Shown here: piece after piece, positions 38,584 through 47,185 of the stretch
Layout: each line of letters begins with the position of its first letter
Numbering within the stretch: position 1 is the first letter of the stretch
DNA from: an uncultured Alphaproteobacteria bacterium
Lineage (GTDB): Bacteria > Pseudomonadota > Alphaproteobacteria > SHNJ01
Assembly (NCBI GenBank): GCA_964458615.1
Contig: CAYWJR010000002.1
Span: 19,071-78,296, forward strand
Length of the DNA: 59,226 bases
Direction of reading: 5' to 3'
Notes under the pieces: generated by a model
What the model was told of the DNA's origin: nothing
What the model saw: the letters and a program-made list of their open reading frames with translations, nothing else
The model's database searches: none
Made by a program: the position numbers and the translations under genes

Positions 38584-40337
38584 TATACCATCTCCATTAT
38601 CGCGAAATTGTTTGCTTTGGCTTGCTTTGGGGTTTCGGGCTCGGCGGAAATACCGTTTTCGTTCAAAACAAATTTTTGTTCCGCAAGGCTTAGAATATTC
38701 TGATCTTCGGTTACCAAAACCAATGTCGCCTTGCCTTTTAACCGTCCCATCAAACGATACAGCAAGTTATATCCGTCTTTGTCCAAATCGCGGTCTGCGT
38801 TATTGAATAAAATCAATTTCGGTTTGTGCGCTATCGAACGCGCGATTGCGATGCGTTGTTTCAATCCCGGCGGAATGGGATCGGCTACAATATCTTCCAA
38901 GACCGTTTCCATTCCGTTCGGCAATTTCGCGATTTCGGTATCGATACCCAGCAATTCCGATATTTCACGCACGGTTTCAGGATCTATCCGTCCAAAATGG
39001 CTTAGATTGTCGTAAATTGTTCCTTGGAAAATAACGCCGCGCATCGGCAAATACGCGCAATGGCGGATGCGTTCGTCATGCGGATAATCCCGCACATCCA
39101 ATCCGTTCAATTTCGCCTGGCCGGCAGAAGGAACCAGCAGACCCGCCATGATCCGCAACAATGACGTTTTAGATTCTTCGTTTTTTCCGGATATGGCGAT
39201 ACATTGGCCGGGGAATAATTGCAAACTGACATGTCGCAAATTGTTCGAAGAACTGTCCGGATCGATATATGCAATGCCGTTCAATTCCAAATGGCCTTCG
39301 TTTTGCGGATATGATTGCCTGTACGCGGGCTCTTCGGCAGCATTTTTGAAAAAATCATCCAGTTTTTCCTGGGCTGATTTAAAATCCTGATATCGCAACC
39401 ACAAACCGAACGATCTTTGAATCGGCTGTAAAATCCGCCCCGCCAACAATATGCAGGCGATCAGACTGCCCATGCTGAAATATTTGGCGACCACCATTGG
39501 TGCGCCGAATATTACGATGCAAGCCACCATAATTTGCCCATATACTTGGGCATCGTTGACGGCTTCGGCCGATAATTTGGTTAAATTATAATTGCAGCGG
39601 CTGGAATTTGATTGCAAAGCCTCGTATTGACGCACGAATCCAGCCTCCAGCCCAAGCGATTTTGTGGTGTGGATTCCGCCCAAGACATCAATCAGGAAAT
39701 CGTATTTTTGATCGTCCGCTTGATCCCGTTCTTTTAATGCTTGTTGCGTGTAACGGCCACAAACATAGGCGCGCAGCCCGAAAAAAAATAAAATCGTAAT
39801 CGGAACCAAAACCAATGATCCGGCAAGATAATAAATCAACCCTAAAAAAACCATGGCAAACGGCAAATCGATCATGCTGGCCAGGGCTTGGCCGGAATAA
39901 AATTCGCGCAATTTTCCGATTGCCGTCAATTTCTGCAATTGAGTTCCCAAATTGGCGGCATTTTTTTTGCTGCATCCGCCCGATAAAATATGTTTGACCG
40001 CTTTGTTATAAATCCGGTGTTCAATCGCCGCACCAACCCAGCCGGACACATAAGACCTGGCGATTTGAAGCAAAGATTCCATAGCCAAGGCGACAACCAC
40101 GCCCAAGGCCAGCATGTTTAACGTGCTGATCCCGTTTTTGGCGATGATGCGGTCATAAACTTGCAACGATGCAATCGGCAATGCCAGCGATAAAACATTG
40201 ATCGCTAAACTTGCCAGAATTACGTAAATCGGGCTGTAATCGATTTTAATGTCCGAAAACCAATGCGATTGATTGGCGGGCGATAAAATCTGCCTGTGGC
40301 GGAAACCACGTCCGCCGCCTAATGCGTTGTCAAACAT
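38583..40337 (-). CDS. Type I secretion ABC transporter with degenerate NBD
   Basis: SLAINVLSLALP...LQVYDRI, TMD; Walker A GKNEESKT, signature IPPGLKQR, Walker B LILFNN, switch VTED. Confidence 0.88.
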   Translation of the reverse strand: MFDNALGGGRGFRHRQILSPANQSHWFSDIKIDYSPIYVILASLAINVLSLALPIASLQVYDRIIAKNGISTLNMLALGVVVALAMESLLQIARSYVSGWVGAAIEHRIYNKAVKHILSGGCSKKNAANLGTQLQKLTAIGKLREFYSGQALASMIDLPFAMVFLGLIYYLAGSLVLVPITILFFFGLRAYVCGRYTQQALKERDQADDQKYDFLIDVLGGIHTTKSLGLEAGFVRQYEALQSNSSRCNYNLTKLSAEAVNDAQVYGQIMVACIVIFGAPMVVAKYFSMGSLIACILLAGRILQPIQRSFGLWLRYQDFKSAQEKLDDFFKNAAEEPAYRQSYPQNEGHLELNGIAYIDPDSSSNNLRHVSLQLFPGQCIAISGKNEESKTSLLRIMAGLLVPSAGQAKLNGLDVRDYPHDERIRHCAYLPMRGVIFQGTIYDNLSHFGRIDPETVREISELLGIDTEIAKLPNGMETVLEDIVADPIPPGLKQRIAIARSIAHKPKLILFNNADRDLDKDGYNLLYRLMGRLKGKATLVLVTEDQNILSLAEQKFVLNENGISAEPETPKQAKANNFAIMEMV

Positions 40338-40360
40338 AATTCGCTCCGGAAACTAGATGA

Positions 40361-42532
40361 TTAAAACAGGAACCCTTTGTGTGAATTAGAAGAAGACCCC
40401 CCGCCCAGGCCCAACCCGCCAAAGCTGTTCAATACCGCCGGCGCGACGGCGGCTACGGTATTTGAAACTATATTCACAGTATTGGTAACGGCCTGCGTTG
40501 TGACATGGGTTGTTTGCGTAACCCAATTGTCGGCCGTATTGCTTGGCGGCGCCGATAACACATCGCCTGCGTATTCCGGCAATGGACTTGCCAAAATGTG
40601 ATCCAACCCTGATGCCGCATCCATAACCAGATCGGCCGCACCATTCAATATTTGATCCAACGACATACCGCCGCCCATTCCAGAATCGCAATCATCGGTG
40701 TCGGTTCCAAAACTGATAAGGTGCAATAATGATTCGCCCGTATCCACGGCATCCATGCAATCATTCGACAATGCATTTTCCGCTGCATCCGCCAACGAAT
40801 CGATTGCACCCATAGGCAATGCGCAACCCGCCGATTCGATAATGTTTTCAGCCATATTTTGGGTGACATCCGCCGTGTGTGTTGCCAAACCGCCCACGAT
40901 TTCCGGAACGATTACCAATATATCGCTGACAACGGATCCCGAATTATCCGCCAAGTTTTCAACCGGTTCCGAAACACATTCCACCGTCTGCAATACTGCG
41001 CATGGAATATCGGCCACCTGTTCGGCGGTTGTATCCAGTATCGTTGCGGCAATACCGACAACAGGCTCGATAATTTCTTCTGCGATTCCGCCAATTGCGC
41101 CGACAACGTCGCAAGGCGATGCGCAATCGTCCGCGCCGCCATTCAACAATCCGGCAATCGATTCCACCTGCAATGGCAATGAACCTATATCAAGGCCAAT
41201 ATTCAATATTTCGCCTTCGGCCAGATTCGTATCAATTTGAATTATTCCGGCGACATCCGCATTAAGGGTTAAATTATCGCCTGCTTGAATATCCAAATCG
41301 ATCGCGATATTCGGCAATTCGGGCAAAACCGATTCCGGCAGAATCGCATCTATGGCGACTTGCGCCGAAATACCATCTTGTGCATTCATATCAACGGCGA
41401 TTTCCGCATCAACCGAAACATTGGTGTCGCCCAATACCGGCAATCCCAAATCCGTTGCGATATTTGTGTCAAGATCGACAGCGATTTCCGGTAATTCGCC
41501 GTTTTCCGCAACAATTCCGATTTCCGCGTCCACGTCAATTGCGGCCTGCAAATCAACCGGCACAACCGGCAAGTCCGTATCTAAGGCCAACTGAACATCC
41601 GCATCCACCGCGATCTGCAATGGTTCACAAAATCCGCCGGTGATGCAAATATCCAAATTTTCTTGTACATCCAGTTGAACAATGTCCGCGATGTTCGCCG
41701 CCAATTCCGTGTCAGCGGAAATATCCAAATGAATCGAATCGCAATTCAGATCCAAACAAACATCGACATCCGTTTGAACATCAAGTTCCACCAAAGGCAA
41801 ACAAATCGCCACGTCTAAATCCAAATCGATATGGATCTCAATACCGCAATCGCCGCCGCCATGACAATCATCGCCGCCACAAGGTGGATCCGTTGGTGGC
41901 GGACCGGGAGGCGGATTTGGACCCGGCGGTGGATTTGGACCAGGAGGAAGATTCGGTCCTGGCGGCGGATTTGGGCCCGGTGTTGGATTATTGGGGTTTG
42001 TATTGACCGGCGGTTTGTTTGGTTCCGGCGTATCAACAACCGTTTTAACGACGATAGGCGTTATCAAAATAGAATCATCGTGTGAATTGATGGAATCTAT
42101 TTTCTGTAAATCAGGGCTTTCCGATAATTGCAACGCGGCTGCCGCAGGTTGAACGAATTCTGCCGCTGGCGAAAGGGTTAAATTATTCAAAATTACCGGC
42201 ATCGGTTTTTCCGTCATAACGTTCGATGCGGTTAAAACAAGATTGTCCACCCCTGATATCGATTGGATTAAAACACCATCGGTATTCAATGGCGAATCTT
42301 GGCTGGCGGCTTGGTCATGCTTTTCGTCCCCAGAATCTTTTGAAGGCTGCAACACCTTATAGGCGGCACGCAGGCTGATGATGGACATATCGTCGGCAAT
42401 CGCGCCTTCATAGGCCTGAAACATATCTTCTTTCAGGTCCTGCTGATAAACATTTTGCAACACCGTCATTTGATCCAGGCTTATTCTTGGCTGGTCGTAT
42501 GTGACGGTAATGTTTTGCGTTGATTCTGCCAT
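40361..42532 (-). CDS. Large acidic Cys-rich protein, probable T1SS substrate (unknown family)
   Basis: First gene of the T1SS run; no Sec signal; Pro-rich linker, alternating hydrophobic/Asp region, acidic helical region, C-terminal GGLGLGGGSSSNSHKGFLF. Confidence 0.75.
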   Translation of the reverse strand: MAESTQNITVTYDQPRISLDQMTVLQNVYQQDLKEDMFQAYEGAIADDMSIISLRAAYKVLQPSKDSGDEKHDQAASQDSPLNTDGVLIQSISGVDNLVLTASNVMTEKPMPVILNNLTLSPAAEFVQPAAAALQLSESPDLQKIDSINSHDDSILITPIVVKTVVDTPEPNKPPVNTNPNNPTPGPNPPPGPNLPPGPNPPPGPNPPPGPPPTDPPCGGDDCHGGGDCGIEIHIDLDLDVAICLPLVELDVQTDVDVCLDLNCDSIHLDISADTELAANIADIVQLDVQENLDICITGGFCEPLQIAVDADVQLALDTDLPVVPVDLQAAIDVDAEIGIVAENGELPEIAVDLDTNIATDLGLPVLGDTNVSVDAEIAVDMNAQDGISAQVAIDAILPESVLPELPNIAIDLDIQAGDNLTLNADVAGIIQIDTNLAEGEILNIGLDIGSLPLQVESIAGLLNGGADDCASPCDVVGAIGGIAEEIIEPVVGIAATILDTTAEQVADIPCAVLQTVECVSEPVENLADNSGSVVSDILVIVPEIVGGLATHTADVTQNMAENIIESAGCALPMGAIDSLADAAENALSNDCMDAVDTGESLLHLISFGTDTDDCDSGMGGGMSLDQILNGAADLVMDAASGLDHILASPLPEYAGDVLSAPPSNTADNWVTQTTHVTTQAVTNTVNIVSNTVAAVAPAVLNSFGGLGLGGGSSSNSHKGFLF
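41884..41995 (-). repeat. Coding 18-bp PNPPPG repeats (~5 copies)
   Basis: NPTPG PNPPPG PNLPPG PNPPPG PNPPPG PPPTDPP. Confidence 0.9.
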
Positions 42533-42572
42533 CTGTTGCCCCCGTTTATTATTCGATCTTAGACAGACAAAT

Positions 42573-42587
42573 TTAACAAACTCCTAA
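42573..42587. promoter_or_regulatory. CtrA-like box (1 mismatch)
   Basis: TTAA-CAAACTC-CTAA in the divergent promoter between the T1SS substrate gene and the pilus chaperone. Confidence 0.3.
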
Positions 42588-42717
42588 ATCGCGGCAAATT
42601 TGATACAATTTTTGGTTGAAATATTTTAATTCATACAATCATGTGCGGATGCCAATACGATTGTAAGTTATTTTGTGCATAGTCGTATGCGAAATATTTT
42701 TATGACAAGGCAAGAAA

Positions 42718-43401
42718 ATGCAAATCTATAAATATATAATAATATTAATTGTAATTATGGCCGCGCCCGCGATTGCCCGCGCCGAATTTATTATCAACAA
42801 CGCAATCATCGAATTCTTACCCGGAGCGGAGGCGCAACAAGACATAGAATTGGCCAGCAAATCCGACAAAAACGATTATATCGATACAGAGATCAATGAG
42901 ATTATCAATCCTGGATCGGATCAAGAAACAAGACGTAAATTAAAAAACGCCGCGAATGAATCGATACTGGTCACCCCGAATAAAACAGTTTTGACCGCAG
43001 GCAGCCGAAAAATTTTACGATTTATTTTATTGCAACCGCATGGCGACCATGAACGAATTTACCGCGTCGCCGTAAAACCGGTTGTCAATGAACTGGAACA
43101 CATTGAAAAAGTGGGTTTAAAAATATTGATTGGATATGAAATATTGGTAATCGTCCGCCCGAACGAAATTAAATCGGCGTACAATGCCAAACGCAACGGC
43201 AAAATAATTTCAATTCATAATACCGGCAACAGTAGCGTTTTATTTCAAGCCAGCCAGCAATGCATTAAAAAGAACGACTGTAAAATGCCGCCCAGCATCC
43301 GGGCATATGCCGGACAACACACCCAAGTCGAACTGCCATTCGACGCGCCCGCCATTTATAACGTCTGGGACGGTGTAAAATCCAGCCAAGTTAATTTTTA
43401 A
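42718..43401 (+). CDS. Fimbrial periplasmic chaperone (alternate/CfaA-EcpB-like)
   Basis: Signal peptide ...APAIARA; LVTPNK..L.AG....LR, ERIYRV.VKPV, IL.GYEILVIVRP, NTGN.SV, C....C. Confidence 0.8.
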   Translation: MQIYKYIIILIVIMAAPAIARAEFIINNAIIEFLPGAEAQQDIELASKSDKNDYIDTEINEIINPGSDQETRRKLKNAANESILVTPNKTVLTAGSRKILRFILLQPHGDHERIYRVAVKPVVNELEHIEKVGLKILIGYEILVIVRPNEIKSAYNAKRNGKIISIHNTGNSSVLFQASQQCIKKNDCKMPPSIRAYAGQHTQVELPFDAPAIYNVWDGVKSSQVNF

Positions 43402-45850
43402 TGCCAACCGTAACGCAAGGCAACGGCGAATCATATATCATCACCCCATTGACTAGACGCCCAGTATCCGGCATTTCCACCTGGCATTCCTGTCCACCTG
43501 CGCTTTTTGTGGACCCACGCTGTTTTGTTCTAAATTTAATTTTTCCGCGCCTGTTCAGCTCGGCTTGGATATAACCGTCTTCATCCGTCATCGCAGGGGT
43601 TTTAATATCCAGCAACTCTGCGCCGGTTAATGGCGCACCAGAATCGTCGATTATTTTACCGGTCATGACATAAAATTTGTCAACTTGCCATTTCAAGTGC
43701 GTTACGTTCCCAGGATACAATGTCACTTTTTGTGCGCTTGTATCATAATCGAACAAACCTTTTTTAGACGGCGATATTCTGATTTTATATGTTTGGTATG
43801 GGGGCAAATATAATACTTGCGATTTACCAACTTTGACCAAACTGCGTTCCGCATTGCCCACAAATATTTTCATATCCGTGTCCGCATCGCCTTCGGTGTC
43901 TATTACCACCGCGCTTTTATCGTTTTGATCGCCACCCAAATAAATGCCGTTTTCCAACATCGCCATATTGATTGCGAAACCGCCGCTGTAATTCAAAATC
44001 GATTCCTCGCCACCGAACGATTGTTGCACCGAACCGCGAAACCGCCCGATACGATTACGCCAGTCCGCATCGGCGTTGACGATTTTATTGCTGCGGTCAA
44101 CCCCAAACCCGGCGCCTACAGACAGCGCCTTGTGGGGCTTTACGTCGTCGTGCCAAACGCGCATGTTTCCTTGAATATCTTGTCTGCCGTCGCGCAAATT
44201 CGAACCTATATTTCCTGAAACGCCATATTGTCCGATAGTGTAGGTCAAATTAAACAACAAACTGCCTTCGTAATCGCCGCTTGATTTGGCAAAATCGGCG
44301 GTGGCCGAAAAACGGCTTTCTTGTTCTTGCCATATATTCCACTGCGCATATGGGCCTATCGAAAATATTTCCGGCGCGGATGCGGTTTCGGTGTAATTGC
44401 CGCGTATGCCGGCGGTTATATCCGCAGTTACCTGATAACTGGTGCTGGCGGTAAATTGGGTCAAATCATCCAATAACTGATCGTACCGTTGCAATTTCTT
44501 GCTTCCCGCCCAGATTTTGCGCAGATCGATATTGCCGCTCCACATTTCATCGAAATACAGAATACTTCCTTGCAAACCGAAATCCATTTCGGTCGATACA
44601 ATATTCGTTGCCCGCAATTGCAAATTCGAATCGATCATAAAAACTGAATTTTCTACCGCCAAACGATCGCCCAGCACCACCGCACCTGAACTCAGCGCAA
44701 TCTGGTCGTCCATGCGCGAAACGATACCTGCGCGCAATATCATATCTTTGGTAATTTCCGGCAATGCCGAATCGTCCGCCGCCGATTGACGCAAAAATCC
44801 CGCTTGTAAGAAATACGATGGATCGTCTGCCGGGGGTATGTCCTGGTTTTTAGCGAAAAAACGGTTTTCCTCGCGCTCTGCCCCGTCCGATTCCTGAATT
44901 TTCAAAATAATCGGATACGCGCCTTCGGGTAAATCGGATGTATCGATTTTTTGATTGCCGGCCTCGTATGGGCGCGAAGAATATAACCGTCCTTCACGGT
45001 ATATCGACACGAATGACCGGCGCGGCAAGTACAATATTATATCGTTTCCTGAAATTTTCCGCGCATCCAGTTTGGTTTTATTCGATATCGCAAAATATAT
45101 TCCGGCCATATCCTTGTCGCTGGCCAACTGCATCGGCTGGCTTCGAAACAGTCCGCCGCCCATATCAAATCCATTTTTCTCGACACCGAACTGCGCCGCA
45201 TCGAACCGCAATCCATCGTTCGATACGGTCGATTGGGAAACAAATCGTTTTTCGCCAAATGCATAAACCGCATTGTTGCTAAGTGCAAAATTGGGGTCTT
45301 GTTGCGACGATCCCGAAACCGCTCCATTCCAGCCATACACGGATGAAAATTTTTGTTCCGGAAGGGGCAAATATTTTTCCTGCATATTGTCCGAAAGATC
45401 CAGATAATCTTTATGAATGAATATTTCCGAGCTTAAATTATTTTCATCGAATACAACATCAACCGATTCAGTATCTATCTTACCGCAATCGTGCACGGCT
45501 TGCTGGCGGCATATTTTTGATGCGTTGATGGGCAATGGCTCCTGCATTCTTGCCAATAAAGACGTGGTATTTTTTAGATTCGGTATTTGGCGCAAAATAT
45601 CTTGCGGATTTTCAAACCGTATATATCCGGGCGTGGAATAAGCCGGGAATTTACCGATTGTGTCGCCGCCATATTGCACACCAACCATCAACAAACGGGG
45701 TTGATCCAAATCTTCGAATCCTTTCGGGGTTCCGGGTTTCTCGGTAATTGCGGCAAAACATGGATGCGCGGCCGGGATTACAGCCAGCATTACTATAATG
45801 CATGACCGCGCCATGGCGGATTTACAGCGTGATCCAATAATAGAAAACAT
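43391..45850 (-). CDS. Fimbrial usher (TcfC/CooC/EcpC-like)
   Basis: Signal peptide; P.GFEDL.QP, V.F.E..L...I, SFVSIYREGRL.SSR.Y.AGNQ.IDTS.LPEG.Y.I.LKI.E..G, YLPPY.TY, TLYPGNV, TDEDGY.Q.E, terminal Cys pair. Confidence 0.88.
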   Translation of the reverse strand: MFSIIGSRCKSAMARSCIIVMLAVIPAAHPCFAAITEKPGTPKGFEDLDQPRLLMVGVQYGGDTIGKFPAYSTPGYIRFENPQDILRQIPNLKNTTSLLARMQEPLPINASKICRQQAVHDCGKIDTESVDVVFDENNLSSEIFIHKDYLDLSDNMQEKYLPLPEQKFSSVYGWNGAVSGSSQQDPNFALSNNAVYAFGEKRFVSQSTVSNDGLRFDAAQFGVEKNGFDMGGGLFRSQPMQLASDKDMAGIYFAISNKTKLDARKISGNDIILYLPRRSFVSIYREGRLYSSRPYEAGNQKIDTSDLPEGAYPIILKIQESDGAEREENRFFAKNQDIPPADDPSYFLQAGFLRQSAADDSALPEITKDMILRAGIVSRMDDQIALSSGAVVLGDRLAVENSVFMIDSNLQLRATNIVSTEMDFGLQGSILYFDEMWSGNIDLRKIWAGSKKLQRYDQLLDDLTQFTASTSYQVTADITAGIRGNYTETASAPEIFSIGPYAQWNIWQEQESRFSATADFAKSSGDYEGSLLFNLTYTIGQYGVSGNIGSNLRDGRQDIQGNMRVWHDDVKPHKALSVGAGFGVDRSNKIVNADADWRNRIGRFRGSVQQSFGGEESILNYSGGFAINMAMLENGIYLGGDQNDKSAVVIDTEGDADTDMKIFVGNAERSLVKVGKSQVLYLPPYQTYKIRISPSKKGLFDYDTSAQKVTLYPGNVTHLKWQVDKFYVMTGKIIDDSGAPLTGAELLDIKTPAMTDEDGYIQAELNRRGKIKFRTKQRGSTKSAGGQECQVEMPDTGRLVNGVMIYDSPLPCVTVGIKN

Positions 45851-45896
45851 AAATTAAGGACTAAAACGTAGGTTTATTGACTGAACTAAGAAACGA

Positions 45897-46388
45897 TTAG
45901 GAAGGGGTTAGCAATAATGTGATTGTGCCGGTATAGGTTCCCGATAATGCGGATTCCATACTGGATTGAGTGATAGACAAATTTAAACGCGCATTCGGAC
46001 CAAGCAGGGTGCAAGAATTATCAAGGATGTTGCCGCGCAACTGTCCGGTCAGCGTCACGCCATTGGTCAATGGCGATCCTGGTTCGGAACCAAGATTTCC
46101 AGCTCCGGAATCGTCCCATCTGAGCGAATATGGAATATTGCCGCTGCCGTTTGTCAGGAAAAAACCGCCTGGGCTGCTGATATTGATTGCATACCCGCCC
46201 AAGGGCGCGAGGTTGTTTGTGTATATGCAAATATCCATAGACGCCGACACATTCGATTGCCCCATGCTCCATGTCGGTAAATTAAAATCGCTTATATTAC
46301 TGATTCGCATCGCAAACAAAGCATGCGCCCTGCCAGCAGGCAGAACGCACAAACACATCGCAATCAGGACAATGCAAATTCTTTGCAT
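45897..46388 (-). CDS. Putative minor pilin (paralog of the upstream pilin)
   Basis: ATG 46388 after AGGA RBS; signal peptide; ISNISDFNLPTW, CIYT, C....NARL, YTGTITLLLTPS. Confidence 0.75.
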   Translation of the reverse strand: MQRICIVLIAMCLCVLPAGRAHALFAMRISNISDFNLPTWSMGQSNVSASMDICIYTNNLAPLGGYAINISSPGGFFLTNGSGNIPYSLRWDDSGAGNLGSEPGSPLTNGVTLTGQLRGNILDNSCTLLGPNARLNLSITQSSMESALSGTYTGTITLLLTPS

Positions 46389-46396
46389 CTCAATTC

Positions 46397-46969
46397 CTAA
46401 AACGGCGTAATTAACATAGTCAAAGTCCCCGTGTATGGCGTGGAACTGGATGCGGCGGAATTCATATTCCCGGATGTGATGCCTACAATCACGCGCGCGG
46501 TATCGTTGCCCGATCCGCCGCCGGAACATGTGGCGCTGGTGGTGCTGGCGTTGGAAAACGATGCCGATTGAATATTGGTTGTCAGCGCAGTGCCGGTATT
46601 GGCCAAATTACCCGCGCCGCCGGAATTCCATGTTACTGTGTAAGCAATCAAATTAAGTCCGCTGGCAATAGTGAACGCATTCACAAGCCCGCTGCCGGTC
46701 GCAGTGACTTTGTAACTGCCGGTCGATGAATAAACGCAAACGTTGCTGTACAATGTAACGTCGCCGTCGCCCACACTCCAATTCGCTAATGTCATATCGC
46801 TGATATCGCTTATTTGAGCCTGAACGGATTTTGTGATGCTGATATTCGCGCTGCCGGTCGATGTCGCGCCCAACGATCCTTGGGTTGCCGCATTTGCGCC
46901 TGTTGTAACAAGAATGATCATCGCTACAACCATCGGAAAACGAATTGATGCAACTAAATGCTGAAACAT
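46397..46969 (-). CDS. Putative major pilin
   Basis: Signal peptide ...GANA; ATQGSLGATSTGS, ISDISDMTLANW, CVYS, C.....NDTARV, YTGTLTMLITPF. Confidence 0.8.
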   Translation of the reverse strand: MFQHLVASIRFPMVVAMIILVTTGANAATQGSLGATSTGSANISITKSVQAQISDISDMTLANWSVGDGDVTLYSNVCVYSSTGSYKVTATGSGLVNAFTIASGLNLIAYTVTWNSGGAGNLANTGTALTTNIQSASFSNASTTSATCSGGGSGNDTARVIVGITSGNMNSAASSSTPYTGTLTMLITPF

Positions 46970-47034
46970 GTGTCACCTGCCAGTTGACATAAATATAAAA
47001 ATACAACCATAAGGTGCATGATAAATAATCACCG

Positions 47035-47049
47035 TTAAATATGTGTTAC
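47035..47049. promoter_or_regulatory. CtrA-like box (1 mismatch) upstream of the pilin
   Basis: TTAA-ATATGTG-TTAC. Confidence 0.3.
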
Positions 47050-47185
47050 TTGCAAAATCGGTATGCCGCCATACGATACGATGCATCGATTCGCGTTTTG
47101 CAAACAATCCAATTATTTATGATTGACGGGATTGCGCCGGTATGTTCGCAATTGATTTATTTTTTTCCGCGATTTATATTATCGT

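Noticed and set aside
40386-41643. Several alternative-frame ORFs over the acidic protein; RTX nonapeptide repeats
   Set aside because: They result from extreme codon bias. GGDD/GGG stretches exist but no GGxGxDxUx repeats, so it is not called an RTX protein.
46389-46529. ORF-track 5' extension of the second pilin
   Set aside because: It overlaps the first pilin; ATG 46388 has an RBS and yields a signal peptide.
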